This document shows, piece after piece, positions 24,356 through 37,781 of a stretch of 64,000 bases of DNA. This stretch comes from the human T2T-CHM13v2.0 reference genome, Homo sapiens. The translations under genes were made by a program, and so were the position numbers. Numbering within the stretch: position 1 is the first letter of the stretch; every line of letters starts with the position of its first letter. The notes under the pieces were generated by a model. It ran no database searches and had not been told where the DNA came from. It was given only the letters and a program-made list of their open reading frames with translations. The stretch is from assembly GCF_009914755.1 (NCBI RefSeq), contig NC_060947.1. One strand, written 5' to 3'.

Positions 24356-25452
24356 GAATTTGGGGTGATTGTAAGGAGTTATGTAAATTATGTTAAAGAA
24401 CCTTTGCAGTTGTAAGATGCATTCATTCATTCAACAAATAGTCGAGGCAATATAGAAGAGTAATTAAAAGCACCGACTTTGAGGCCGGGCGTGGGATGGT
24501 TCACTCCTATAATCCCAGTGTTTTGGGAAGCCAAGGCAGGAGGATTGCTTGAGGCCAGCAGTTCCTTCCAGATCAGCGGGGACAACATAGCAAGACCCCA
24601 TCTCTTAAAAAATTATTTTAATTAAAAATAAATAAATACATAAATAAAAGCACAGACTTTGGACTCAATTCATCTTGGGGGTGAATCCCAGCTCTGTCAC
24701 CCACTGACTATGTGACCTCGAGCAGACTGCTTAATTCTCTGAGCCTCAGTCTCAACATCTGCACACTGGGGATGATAATAGTATTTAACTCCAGAGAAGG
24801 TTGTGAAAACTAATCGGAAGATGCACATAAAGGGCTTTGTGCTGGACTAAAGGGCCATTGCCCTGTCCCTGCCCTAAGAGAGCTTGCTGTCATCCTGGGA
24901 GGATCTTAGAGAGATCAGGGCTGTAGATGGAAAGCCCAGAGAGGAACGGGGTCATGTTGGAGATACTAGGGATGGGGGTAGGGGAAACTTCTTGGACAAA
25001 TTGACTTATGAGCTCCCTGATGAACACAGTGGGCCCGAATTACATACTCTTTTTAATACTATTACGATAAACATTATTAATATCAATGGGTAAAATATAT
25101 TTCTGGTTCTTTGGTCTTCTAGAAAAAAACATATATAGAAGTTTTTTTTTTTTTTAGTTTGAATTTCTTTTTTAAATTTTTTTTATAGAGATGGGGGTCT
25201 CACTATGCATCCCAGATTGTTCTGGAACTCCTATCCTCAAGTGATCCTTCCACCTCCTGCCTCAGCCTCTCAAGGTGTTGGGATTACAGGCATGAGCCAC
25301 TGGGACTGGCTCATTGAAATTTTTCTTTCTTTCTCTTTTTTTTTTTTTCTGACAAGATCTCGCTCTGTGGCCGAGGTAGGCAGCAGTGGCTGGATCATGG
25401 TCACTGCAACCTCGTACTCCTGGGCTCAAGTGATCCTCAGCCTCCTGAGTAA

Positions 25453-25686
<234 letters not shown>

Positions 25687-25899
25687 TAGGAAAAATCCCA
25701 TACCTGAAAAAGTTAGAAACTGACAGGAAGGATTTGAGATGACGACCTGCTTCATATACACTACTTATTAAAACTGGATAACAAATGCACCGCGGGGGGG
25801 TGGGGAGGGATAGGAAAAAAATGGAAAGAGAAAATCAGCACATGAGTACTCTGATTTTGGAAGAATCTAAAGAGAATATCAGAGCATGCATACTCTGAA

Positions 25900-26128
25900 C
25901 TTGGAGTAGCCAATCCCAGGGGACGCTTTAGGCGGGAAAATCAGAGTCTCCACCCCCACTTTGAGAAGGTTGTGTCCCTGGAGCCTCAACTGATAGACCC
26001 CACATCACCTTCGCTCCTCCCACCTACTGTTCTGACTTCTGATTGGCCAAATGGAGTTCACTAACTGCCCTGATTGGTCCATCATCCTGGGGCAGTGACA
26101 TTGCAGAATATTTTCTCCTCCTCCAACC
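25900..26128 (+). promoter_or_regulatory. SSX6P: Putative SSX6P promoter: CCAAT boxes and an E2F-like site
   Basis: AGCCAATC (~25908), GGCGGGAAAA (25931-25940), and inverted CCAAT boxes GATTGG at 26041 and 26072, directly upstream of exon 1. Confidence 0.55.
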
Positions 26129-26328
26129 ACACTTTGTCACCAACTGCTGCCGACCTCGCCACCACTGCTTTGTCTCTGAGGTAGGTTCTCTTGAAGGGAC
26201 ACCCTAGATGGGCTAATGGGGGCAGATAGAAAAGGAGGAAGCCTCTGTAGGGCCCTCGAGTGCTCGGGGTTCTGAAAATCTTGAGGACTGAAAGACAGCT
26301 AATGCCTTTCAGGAGGATCATCATGGAG

Positions 26329-27495
26329 GATCCTCCCACCTCGGCCTCGGGTCTACAGGCCTGTGTCATCCAACCCCTGGAAATATTTTTTTATTTTTGT
26401 ATTTTAGTAGAGACGGGGGGCTCAAGCAATCCTCCCGCCTCGACCTCGGGAGTACAGGCACGCACCACCCTGCCCTCACTAATATTTTTTATTTTTTATT
26501 TTTCTTAGTAGAGACAGTTCTGCCATGTTGACCAGGCTGGCCTCAACCGCCTGGGCTCAAGCAATCCTCCCGCCTCGGCCTCAGGACTACAGGCACGCAC
26601 CACCCTGCCCCCACTAATATTTTTTATTTTTTATTTTTTTAGTACAGACGGTTTTGCTATGTTGGCCAGGCTGGCCTCGACCACCTGGGCTTAAGCAATC
26701 CTTCCGCCTCGGCCCTGGGACTACAGAAGTGCACCAACCTGCCCACGCTTTTTTTTTTTTTTTTTTTTTTTTAATTATTAGAAGCCGGGTTTCACTACGT
26801 TGGCCAGGCTGGCCTCAACCTCCTGGGCTCAAGCGATCCTCCCACCTTGGCCTCAGGACTACAAGTGTGTGCCATTCCACCCCTGCTAGTTTTTTGTTTG
26901 TTTGTTTGTTTTTTGTTTGTTTGTTTGTTGTTGTTGTTGTTTTTAGTAGAGACGGGGCTTTACTATGTTGGCTGGGCTGGTGTTGACCTCCTGGGCTCAA
27001 GCAATCCTCCCACCTCGGCCTTAGAACTATAGGCAGGAGCCACCTTGCCCGTGCTATTTTTTTGTTGTTATTGTTGTTAGTAGAAATGGGGTTTTGCTAT
27101 GTTGGCCAGGCTGGCCTGGACCTCCTGGGCTCAAGAGATCCTCTTGCCTCGGCCTTGGGACTACAGGAGCGCACCACCCTGCCCCGACTAATATTTTTTA
27201 TTTATTTATTTATTTATTTTTTAGTGGAGGGTTTCACTAGGTTGGCTAGGCTGGTATCGACCTCGTGGGCTCAAGCGATCCGCCCCTCCCTTGGCCTGCC
27301 AAAGTGCTGAGATGTTACAGGCCTGTGCCACCACCCCCAGCTAATTTTTTTTGGGTTTTTTTTTTTTTTTTTTTGTAGAGATGGGGGTTTTGCTATGTTT
27401 CCCAGGCTGGTCTCGACCTCCTGGGCTCAAGCGATCTGCACGCCTCGGCCCCCCAAAATGCTGGGATTACAGGCATGAGCCACCACGCCTGGCCG
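26329..27495 (-). repeat. Tandem array of ~9 Alu-monomer-derived units in SSX6P intron 1
   Basis: Repeating CCTGGGCTCAAGC(A/G)ATCCTCCCGCCTCGGCC-GGGACTACAGG-T-tract units of about 95-170 bp. Confidence 0.85.
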
Positions 27496-28127
27496 ATTGC
27501 TGCAACTTGAAATGCCCCACATTCTCTCTAAGTGATGGCGGGCTCTTGTAGTCTTGGAGATTCTAGCTCTCTTCCTTCTAATGATTTACAAATAACCCAG
27601 TAATAGCCTCTAAATCCGTTCATATTGGCCATGCTCATTTCTCATCAACAGAACAGAACCCCCCATCCCTCTGCCTGATCAGATCCATCACCAGAGAGAC
27701 CATGTTATCTCTGGGACTCACTTCCCTTCCTTAATTTATTGAGTGGTGGTGTCAGAACGCCCCCACTCAATAAAATTACACAGTCATGTCCCTGCCTCCC
27801 CAACAAGGGTCTGTACGTCTTTCAGGGTAAGCCTGGCTCCAGGGAAACTGCTAACAACATTAGCCAACCCCCTCCCAAAGACTCAAGGCTGCTATGTCCA
27901 TAGGAAACTTGTCATCCCCAATCAATACTTCTCCCAGAGACCCCTGGCTCCCTGTTTTCATCTGACTTCTCCCCATGTCCTTACTCACGGGCAGATAAGT
28001 CCCGGATGCAGAAATGCAACACCTGATTCCAGGTGACTGAGTGTGGCCGGCCTTCACAGATTTCTCCCTCCGCAGGACTGGAAAGACTCAGGCTGTTTCT
28101 CTTGCAGGTCAGAGTGCTCCTGGTGCC

Positions 28128-28196
28128 ATGAACGGAGACGACGCCTTTGCAAAGAGACCCAGGGATGATGCTAAAGCATCAGAGAAGAGAAGCAAG
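28128..28196 (+). CDS. SSX6P: SSX6 coding exon 1 (MNGDDAFAKRPRDDAKASEKRSK)
   Basis: GCCATG start; donor GTGAGG at 28197. Confidence 0.93.
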
Positions 28197-28630
28197 GTGA
28201 GGTGACCTGGAGGGGGCAGAGCAGTGGTCCAGGGGACAGAGTAGGGTGACCAGGTTTCTGAGGAGGGGAGGACAGAGGTACTGGGGACAAGGACCAGGGT
28301 CTCGGGGGAGATCTGGACCCTTGAGAGCCTCCCACCCTCGCTCTGTCATCACCTACCATCCCTGGAGACAAGTCTGTGACCTTGCTCTACATTTGGTAAC
28401 TCTCACTCCATTCTGGAAGGTGGGAAGAGAGCCAGCCAGCATCACTGAAGCCCTACTGTGTGGCAGGGGAGAAGCTAGGGAAGGTCCCCATGTTCTGTCA
28501 GTTAGCCATGGCATCAACCAGGACGGATTATCATCCCCAATTCCCAGATCCAGCACACAGGAAGCGGCTCCAGCTGAATGGCAGACATGCCTAGTTGAGT
28601 CACTGCCAGAATTTCTTTCTTTTTTCCTAG

Positions 28631-28745
28631 GCCTTCGATGATATTGCCAAATACTTCTCTAAGGAAGAGTGGGAAAAGATGAAATTCTCGGAGAAAATCA
28701 GCTGTGTGCATATGAAGAGAAAGTATGAGGCCATGACTAAACTAG
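28631..28745 (+). CDS. SSX6P: SSX6 coding exon 2, KRAB-related domain ([18 protein letters not shown]...AMTKLG)
   Basis: Acceptor TTTTTCCTAG, donor GTAAC; 115 nt. Confidence 0.93.
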
Positions 28746-29407
28746 GTAACAGAAAGTTCTAGGAACAGACAAGTCTGGGGACACATGAGCATCCCTTTTC
28801 CTGCCTAGGCTACTTCTTAGACTGCAGAAAGTACCCCACGTTTTCCTTTTGTGCAGGGAAAAATGGCAAGGCAGCTCCTGGGTGTTCTGCTCTTCTGTAT
28901 CCTGTCAGGGCTGAGGGCAGGGACTGGCCACAGTGGAGCTCGTACCTGGATCCTGCACGTTTCTTTCCCATAGGTGTCTGTTCTGATGAGCCCAGCTGTC
29001 TCTGTGGCATCACAGCACACCTCCCACCCTACCTTCCTCCTCTGGTCTTGTCCCTCTCCGTCTCTCTCTCTCTCTCTTTTTGAGTCAGAGTCTCACTCTG
29101 TCACCTAGGCTAGAGTCCAGTAGTGCAACCATAGCTCAATGCAGCCTCGAACTCCTGGGCTCAAGCAATCCTCCTGCTCAGCCTATGGAGTAGCTGAGGC
29201 TACAGGCACATGCCACCATGCCCAACTAATTTTATTTTATATTTTGTAGATATGGGGGTCTCTCTGTGTTACCCAGGCTCTTCCTGAACTCCTGGCCTCA
29301 AGCAATCCTCCCGCCTCAGCCTCCCAAAGTGCTGGTACGACAGACATGAGCCACCGTGCCAGGCCTAAGTTTGTCCCTTAAGGAATAAACATTTTGCTTC
29401 TTTCTAG

Positions 29408-29503
29408 GTTTCAACGTCACCCTCTCACTTTTCATGCGTAATAAACGGGCCACAGACTCTCAGAGGAATGATTCTGATAATGACCGTAACCGTGGGAATG
29501 AGG
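29408..29503 (+). CDS. SSX6P: SSX6 coding exon 3 (FNVTLSLFMRNKRATDSQRNDSDNDRNRGNE)
   Basis: TTTCTAG / GTGAGT; 96 nt; phase is consistent. Confidence 0.93.
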
Positions 29504-29853
29504 GTGAGTAGATGGGAAGGGACTGGAAAGGGTCTCCTCAAGCCCAACTGCTTTTCAGCTCAGCTACCTGGGAAAGATCCTCAGGCATTTGTTCTCTCAT
29601 ACACAACAGGGCTGAGTGAAAAAAAATTGCAGGCGGAAAGTTAACTACAGAGGCCATTCATATAAAATTTTAAAACATGCAAAACAAGAATATATATTTT
29701 TATGGATAATTAGTAAATGGTAAATGCATGAAAACATGAATGTGAATAAAAAGCCATCAAATTGAGGAGACTGGCTGTAAATGGAGAAGGAGCAGGGGCA
29801 GGGATTGGTGAGTGCTGCACAGGCAGCTTCAGTCATGACTTGTTGATAGTGTG

Positions 29854-29885
<32 letters not shown>

Positions 29886-31340
29886 AACTGGAGATTTGCT
29901 CTTGTCTCCCAGGCTGGAGTGCAATGGCACAGTCTCAGCCCACTACAGCCTCTGCCTCCTGGGTTCAAGCGATTCTCCTGCCTCAGCCTCCTGAGTAGAT
30001 AGGATTACAGGCGCCCGCCACCATGCCCACCTAATTTTTGTATTTTTAGTAGAGACGGGGTTTCACCATGTTGGCCAGGCTGTTCTCAAACTCCTGACCT
30101 CAGGTGTTCCACCCACTCAGCCTCCCAAAGTGCTGGGATTACAGGTGTGAGCTACCGCACCCGGCCCGTTTATAGTGTTTCTAACATTCTGAATAAATAA
30201 ATCAGATCTAACATAGTCATGGGGTAATGTTGAGATGCAACTGAACTCAATATTATTCCCCATACTTTTGTGTGTGTTTGAAATATTTCTTTTTTAAAGG
30301 ACATGTTGTTCTTGCTAAACACTGCTAATGAATCAAAGGACAGTTAAGAAAATGTTAAAAGTGAAAAACAGAAAGAAAATGTTAAAAGTGTAGAGCCGCC
30401 AAAAACTTCCAGAGTTTGTTTCATTAACAGCATGTAGATATTGGATAAATATCTTAAGAGAGAGGGTGATGCACACATTATGTAATAAAGATCGCTGTTT
30501 CTCTGTATTTTATTAAAACCAAATAGTCTTCTCATTCCCAAACAACCCCGATTCTCCGTGATGAGCTTGGAAGTGAGTTTGAAAGAGTGATCCCTCATCC
30601 AACACACAGAGAGCTTTCCCACTTGTCAGTGAGCAGAGATAACACAGGGTGAAAAAAAAGACAGGTTCTTGGGTAGAGAGCTTTGTGCAGTTCAGGAATA
30701 TAAAGGGGTCATATGTGTTTCCTGGCTCTTCTGCTCTGACAATACAATCATAAGACAAGGTCAGAATGTCCAAACTGTCTCCAATAGACCTGTTACTCCC
30801 CAACAGACAGGCCAGATTCTACAATCTCCCACAATCACTACAAGAGGTCTGAAAATCCAGTGCTTGAGTATCTGCCAAGCTTTTGACTTTAAAGGAGTGT
30901 CTTTATACTGAAAATGTTTCAGAGCCACCGGACTAAGTCATCCATGGTTCATCACACATTTAACAGCTTAATTGACATACCATAAGATCCACCCATTTGA
31001 AGTGTACAGTGATTTTTAGTTTGAGTGGATACAGTTCAGATTCCCAACCAATCAATTTAATTATTTGGGAAAAAGTAAAAGATATGTAATGGAATAAGAT
31101 GAGACTGTGATGGGGTTTAACCCCCATTTGATAAACTATGAGATGGAAAATTCTGAATTGATGCCACAGATAAGTGAACCAACCATGACTAAACATAATT
31201 CAGAAGCAAATCTCAAATAACTCCTCAAGAATCAGTAGACTCATAAACCTCTGCTGCAGAATGCCCTGATGCGACAGAAGTCTGTCTAGAGTTTGGGAAT
31301 CTTTACCAACAAAGAAAAATTCTAATGTATTCTCTTTCAG

Positions 31341-31390
31341 TTGAACGTCCTCAGATGACTTTTGGCAGGCTCCAGAGAATCATCCCGAAG
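31341..31390 (+). CDS. SSX6P: SSX6 coding exon 4 (VERPQMTFGRLQRIIPK)
   Basis: TCTCTTTCAG / GTGAGT; 50 nt. Confidence 0.93.
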
Positions 31391-32496
31391 GTGAGTATCT
31401 CTCAAATCTACAGGACCAGAGAACCTTTGTCCCTCCACGGATGTGAACACTGGTAAGAGCGGGAGAATATCAAAAATGTCCTCATTGCCTCCTTCTCCCC
31501 ATGTCTATCACAACACCAGATGTGGCATCAATGGCTTGATAATACTAACAGTTGTGATCCTTAATACTTCTTTTGTTTTCATAGTGATGCCAGATACTAT
31601 TTTAAGCAGTTCAGATGGATTAATTAATTTAATCCATAAGAAGACCTCTATGACATTGTTTCTGTTATTATCTCCAAAGAATAACAAGTCACACACTTTG
31701 GTTGTCATCCATATGAAAGCCATGTGACTTGGCGCAAATCTTCTAAGTTCTCTGAGCTCCAGATTCCTGGTCCATGAAATGGAAGTAAAGAATCATAGTT
31801 CATGTTTTAGATCATAGTTATCAGCAACATAATAATAAAATGAGGCTATCGTGGTACAGAGATGTTAAAGAATTTTCCTGAGGCGCAGTGTCAGTGGTAG
31901 TCTAATCCAGAGCTCCAAGCCATTTAAAGCTCATTCACGTCTGCATTTGTTTATGAAGTTCAGATGTTGCTCACTAGGGCTTCACCCCATAGGGCCTCCT
32001 GGTGCTTCCGTTGAGACACCCACTCTCACAACAGGAAGGACCAGCTGGCCTCTGCTCTGTTACCGGGGCCACTCGCATGGCTTAGGAATCGCTTTGACTG
32101 TTGGCCCCTCCATACTGTGAGCTCCTTGAGGGCCTTGTCTGCACCTGGGGCATCCGGGAAACCCCAGTCCCAGCCCAGGGGATCCATCGGAGGCCCCTGA
32201 ATGAGTGACCCCACAATTGCAGATTCAACTCTGGTTTAGATGGTAAAGGGATCTGGGAGCTGGGTTGCCAGTGTGGAGACCGAATTCAAAGCAGGATCCA
32301 GAAAGGTATTAATTGTTATTATTATTACATTTAAACAGTGTTTACAAGCTCAGAGAGGAATTTCCCTTAGCCTATTTTACACATATTTTTCACTATTTCA
32401 TAAGTGAGGAAGCTGAGTAAAAAGTACCTTAAGGGCCCGGTGCGGTGGCTCACGAGTGTAATCCCAGCACTTTGGGAGGCCAAGGCAGGCAGATCA

Positions 32497-32769
<273 letters not shown>

Positions 32770-32773
32770 TCAG

Positions 32774-34493
32774 CTCTCCCTCTACCTCTCCCCAGGGTCT
32801 CCCTCTCCCTCTCTTTCCACGGTCTCCCTCTGATGCCGAGCCGAAGCTGGACTGTGCTGCTGCCATCTCGGCTCACTGCAACCTCCCTGCCTGATTCTCC
32901 TGCCTCAGCCTGCCGAGTGCCTGCGATTGCAGGCGCGTGCCGCCACGCCTGACTGGTTTTCGTATTTTTTTGGTGGAGACGGGGTTTCGCTGTGTTGGCC
33001 GGGCAGGTCTCCAGCTCCTAACCGCCAGTGATCCGCCAGCCTCTGCCTCCGGAGGTGCCGGGATTGCAGACGGAGTCTCGTTCACTCAGTGCTCAATGGT
33101 GCCCAGGCTGGAGTGCAGTGGCGTGATCTCGGCTCGCTACAACCTCCACCTCCCAGCCGCCTGCCTTGGCCTCCCAAAGTGCCGAGATTGCAGCCTCTGC
33201 CCTGCCGCCACCCCGTCTGGGAAGTGAGGAGCGTCTCTGCCTGGCCGCCCATCGTCTGGGATGTGAGGAGCCCCTCTGCCTGGCTGCCCAGTCTGGAAAG
33301 TGAGGAGCGTCTCTGCCCGGCCGCCATCCCACCTGGGAAGTGAGGAGCGCCTCTTCCTGGCCGCCATCCCATCTAGGAAGTGAGGAGCGTCTCTGCCCCG
33401 CCGCCCATCATCTGAGATGTGGGGAGCGCCTCTGCCCCGCCGCCCCGTCTGGGATGTGTGGAGCACCTCTGCCCGGCCGCGACCCAGTCTGGGAGGTGAG
33501 GAGCGTCTCTGCCCGGCCGCCCCGTCTGAGAAGTGAGGAGACCCTCCGCCTGGCAACTGCCCCGTCTGAGAAGTGAGGAGCCCCTCCGCCCGGCAGCCGC
33601 CCCGTCCAGGAGGGAGGTGGGGGGTCAGCCCCCCACCCGGCCAGCCGCCCCGTCCGGGAGGTGAGGGGCTCCTCTGCCCGGCCGCCCCTACTGGGAAGTG
33701 AGGAGCCCCTCTGCCTGGCCAGCTGCCCCGTCCGGGAGGGAGGTGGGGAGGTCAGCCCCCCGCCCGGCCAGCCACCCCGTCCGGGAGGTGAGGGGCGCCT
33801 CTGCCCGGCTGCCCCTACTGGGAAGTGAGGAGCCCCTCTGCCCGGCCAGCTGCCCCGTCCGGGAGGGAGGTGGGGGGGTCAGCCCCCCGCCCGGCCAGCC
33901 CCCCCGTCCGGGAGGTGAGGGGCGCCTCTGCCCGGCTGCCCCTACTGGGAAGTGAGGAGCCCCTCTGCCCGGCCACCACCCCGTCTGGGAGGTGTACCCA
34001 ACAGCTCATTGAGAACCGGCCATGATGACAATGGCAGTTTTGTGGAATAGAAAAGGGGGAAAGGTGGGGAAAAGATTGAGAAATCGGATGGTTGCTGTGT
34101 CTGTGTAGAAAGAAGTAGACATGGGAGACTTTTCATTTTGTTCTGTACTAAGAAAAATTCTTCTGCCTTGGGATCCTGTTGATCTATGACCTTATCCCCA
34201 ACCCTGTGCTCTCTGAAACATGTGCTGTGTCCACTCAGGGTTAAATGGATTAAGGGCGGTGCAAGATGTGCTTTGTTAAACAGATGCTTGAAGGCAGCAT
34301 GCTCGTTAAGAGTCATCACCAATCCCTAATCTCAAGTAATCAGGGACACAAACACTGCGGAAGGCCACAGGGTCCTCTGCCTAGGAAAACCAGAGACCCT
34401 TGTTCACTTGTTTATCTGCTGACCTTCCCTCCACTATTGTCCTATGACCCTGCCAAATCCCCCTCTGCAAGAAACACCCAAGAATGATCAATA

Positions 34494-34525
<32 letters not shown>

Positions 34526-34527
34526 AA
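32774..34527 (+). mobile_element. SVA retrotransposon (SVA_D-like), sense orientation in SSX6P intron 5
   Basis: Short CCCTCT head, antisense Alu-like region, GC-rich VNTR (~33190-33995), SINE-R with AAAGATTGAGAAATCGGATGGTTGC, AATAAA at 34490-34495, A-rich tail. Confidence 0.95.
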
Positions 34528-35158
34528 GGGTAGCTTAAGATTGTTGGTCAGTGACACATCCCAATGCAACCAGAATTGTTATGGGCACCACCTCACTGAA
34601 TTCCACATTCAATGTCGGTGCCTCGGTAGGGTGGTATGTCATATCTGGTACTGCTTTCTTTGATGTCTAGATTAATTTCAGCAAACCATTTCTTTCCCTC
34701 TCTCTTCCCTGTATTCATCTCCCCACACCATCTTTCCCAGCAGTGTTTTGTCCCCTCTCTATGTCTTTACATTTACTCTCCCAGCAGCTGTCTACAAGCT
34801 TATATTGGGATCCCTCGTATTTTATAGAAGCTTTTCCTTTTATAGACCTTGTGAATTCTTAGAATGCTATTCTCCAAAACTTCTGTATACCACACTCTCA
34901 ATTACAGGGAGATTTCTGCTGTTTGCACGAATCTTAAAAGAGTGTGAAGATAAGCATTCTAGCCCTGGAAACCCCATTCATTTAGGCCATTCCTTTCGCT
35001 TCTAACCTCCCAGGTTTCTCCTAATTTAGGCACATGTGACTCTCCCAGCGTTGTTGAGAACATTGATTAAGGTAATGCATGTGAAGACACTTTGTAAGCT
35101 CTAAAGCACTATAGAAATGTCACTGATACTGTTTATCTGTGACCTTCATATTATAAAG

Positions 35159-35294
35159 ATCATGCCCGAGAAGCCAGCAGAGGAAGGAAGTGATTCGAAG
35201 GGAGTGCCAGAAGCATCTGGCCCACAGAACGATGGGAAAAAGCTGTGCCCGCCGGGAAAAGCAAGTAGCTCTGAGAAGATTCACGAGAGATCTG
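35159..35294 (+). CDS. SSX6P: SSX6 coding exon 5 ([46 protein letters not shown])
   Basis: ATAAAG / GTAAGA; 136 nt; visible within ORF 35117..35401. Confidence 0.93.
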
Positions 35295-35697
35295 GTAAGA
35301 GGAAACGATTTGGGAACAACCCCTCTGGCTTCCCTGGCTATGTTCAGGTGTGTGGACTGGGTGTGTGGCATGGATCCCAGACAAGCCTGGGTCCAGGCTA
35401 GGCTGAGGAGCTCGCCCAGCTCCAGATGAGATGTTACACATGACTTCCAGAGACACAGACTGGAGTTGTCATCCATATAAAAAACCATGTGACTTGGGGC
35501 AAGTCTTCCAAATTTTCTCAGCTCCAGATTCCCAGTCCATAAGATGGAAATAAAGAATCATAGTTCATAGATTGTTGGGAGGCATTGAATTTAATCTAGG
35601 AGGCCTGATGACATGAACGGTGCTCAGGCGATTCTATCTGTGATAACCTGGGAACCTGGGATCACATCTTACTCAGCTCAATGCCTGATACCCAATA

Positions 35698-37377
35698 CAG
35701 GTGTACTTCAGAGATATTGCAGGTTCGGTTCCAGACCACTGCAATAAAGTGAGTCACACACATTGTTTTTTGTTTGTTTTGCAGTGCATATAAACATTAT
35801 GTTTACACTACAGTGTAGTCTACTAAGTGTGCAATAGCATTATGTCTAAAAAGTACATACCTTAATTTTAAAATAATTCATTTTTTAAAAATGCTAACAA
35901 TCTTCTGAGCCTTCAGTGAGTCACACTCTTTTTACTGGTGGAGGGTCTTGCCTCGGTGTTGATGGCTGCTGGCTGATCAAGGTGGTGGTTGCTGAAGGGT
36001 GGAGTGGCTGTGGCAGTTTCTTAAAAGAACACAACAATGAATTACATCGATTAGCTCTCCCTTTCATGAAAGATTTATCTGTAGTATGTGATGCTATTGG
36101 ATAGCATTTTACCCACAGTAGAACTTCTTTCAAAGTTGGAGTCAGTCCTCTCTAGCTATGAAAGTTTTAGATGGCATCTGCTTCCAATAGAAGGCTGTTT
36201 AATCTATATTGAAAATCTGTTGTTTAGTGTAGCCACCTTCATCAGTGATTTTAGCTAGATCTTCTGGATAACTTGCTGCAGCTTCTCCATCAGTGTTTGC
36301 TGCTACACCTTGCACTTTTATGTTATGGGGACAGCTTCTTTCCTTAAACCTCACAAACCAACCTCTGCTAGTTTCACACGTTTCCTCTGCAGCTTCTTCA
36401 CCTCTCTCAGCTTTCCTGGACTGGAAGAGAGTTTGGGTCTTGCTCTGAATTAGACTTTGGCTTAAGGGAATGTTGTGGCTGGTTTCGTCTTCTATCCTGA
36501 CCACTTTCTCATTTCAGCAGTAAGGCAGTTTTGCTTTCTTATTCGTGTGTTCACTGGAGTATTAGTATTATTATTTTCTTCAAGAACTTTTCCTTTGCAG
36601 TATATACTATTATTTCCTTCAAGAACTTTTCCTTTGCATTCACAGCTTGGCTGGTGCAAGAGGCCTAGCTTTCAGCCTGTCTTGGCTTTCAGCATGCCTC
36701 CTCACTAAGCCTAGCCATTTCTAGCTTCTGATTTAAAGTGAGAGACATGCGACTCTTCCTTTCATTTGAACACTTAGCGGCCATTGTAGGGTTGTTCATT
36801 GTCCTAATTTCAGTATTGCTGTGTCTCAGGAAATAATAGGGAGGCCCAAGAAAAGGAAGAGAGGCAGGGAAGAGCTCATCGGTGGAGCAGTCAGAACACA
36901 CACAACATTAATTGATTACGTTCGTCATCTTCTGTGGGCGCAGTTCTTAGTACCCCCAAAACATTTACACAGAACAGGGTGACTATAGTCAATAATAACT
37001 TAATCATACATTTAAAAATAACTAAAAGAGTGTAAATGGATTGTTTGTAACACAAGGATAAATGTTTGAGGGGATGGATACCCTATTTTCCACGATGTGA
37101 TTACTACGCATTTGCATGACTGTATCAAAGCATCTCATGTACCCCATAAGAATATACACCTACTGCGTACCCACAAAATAAAGAACAAAAATTATTTTAA
37201 AAGACTAAAAAACAACAAAAACAATTGCAATAATAACATCAAAGCTCACTGATCACAAATCACCATAACAGATATAATAATAATGGAAAAGTGTAAAATT
37301 GGTGAGAATTTCTAAAAAAAAATGCAGTATCTGCGAAGCACTACGAAAATGAGGTGCAATAAAACGAGGTATGCCTG
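35698..37377 (-). mobile_element. Internally deleted Tigger1 DNA transposon with an L1MA-like 3' end inserted at ~36973-37215
   Basis: TIRs CAGGTGTACTTC... and ...GAGGTATGCCTG; TA at 35696. Transposase remnants ERKSRMSLTLNQKLEM (36689..36901-) and [14 protein letters not shown]...[12 protein letters not shown] (36199..36504-). Confidence 0.92.
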
Positions 37378-37680
37378 TGTGCCCTTAACAAATACTTGCA
37401 GAATGAAAGGAGGTAAGGGTGAATGTTCCCGTAAGTGAAGAGGTTGGTAATCTAAACGTCACAACAGAAGGAGCCAGAAGCTAAAAACTTTAATTGGTAT
37501 TTGTCGTGTATTGGTGTGGGTTTAAGGTCTCAGCCTCTCTAAGCCAGAGAATGTGAAAAACTGGATAAAGAAGGCCCATGGGCACTTGGGAGGGGGGAGG
37601 CATCTCCTGCTTTTGAGAAAACAGAGCGTAACACTCTCCAACCTACCCAACCCTCATCTCCCAACTCTTCTCCATCATAG

Positions 37681-37781
37681 GACCCAAAAGGGGGAAACAT
37701 GCCTGGACCCACAGACTGCGTGAGAGAAAGCAGCTGGTGATTTATGAAGAGATCAGCGACCCTGAGGAAGATGACAAGTAA
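37681..37781 (+). CDS. SSX6P: SSX6 coding exon 6, SSXRD domain ([32 protein letters not shown])
   Basis: Acceptor CATAG; TAA at 37779-37781. Total CDS 69+115+96+50+136+101 = 567 nt. Confidence 0.93.

Noticed and set aside
26329-27495. Repeat-spacer pattern as CRISPR-like (also 49980-50312)
   Set aside because: Primate DNA; units are Alu-derived or degenerate minisatellite, with no unique spacers or cas genes.
36199-36504. Tigger transposase ORF as a domesticated TIGD-like gene
   Set aside because: Fragmentary and frameshifted, with most of the catalytic region deleted.
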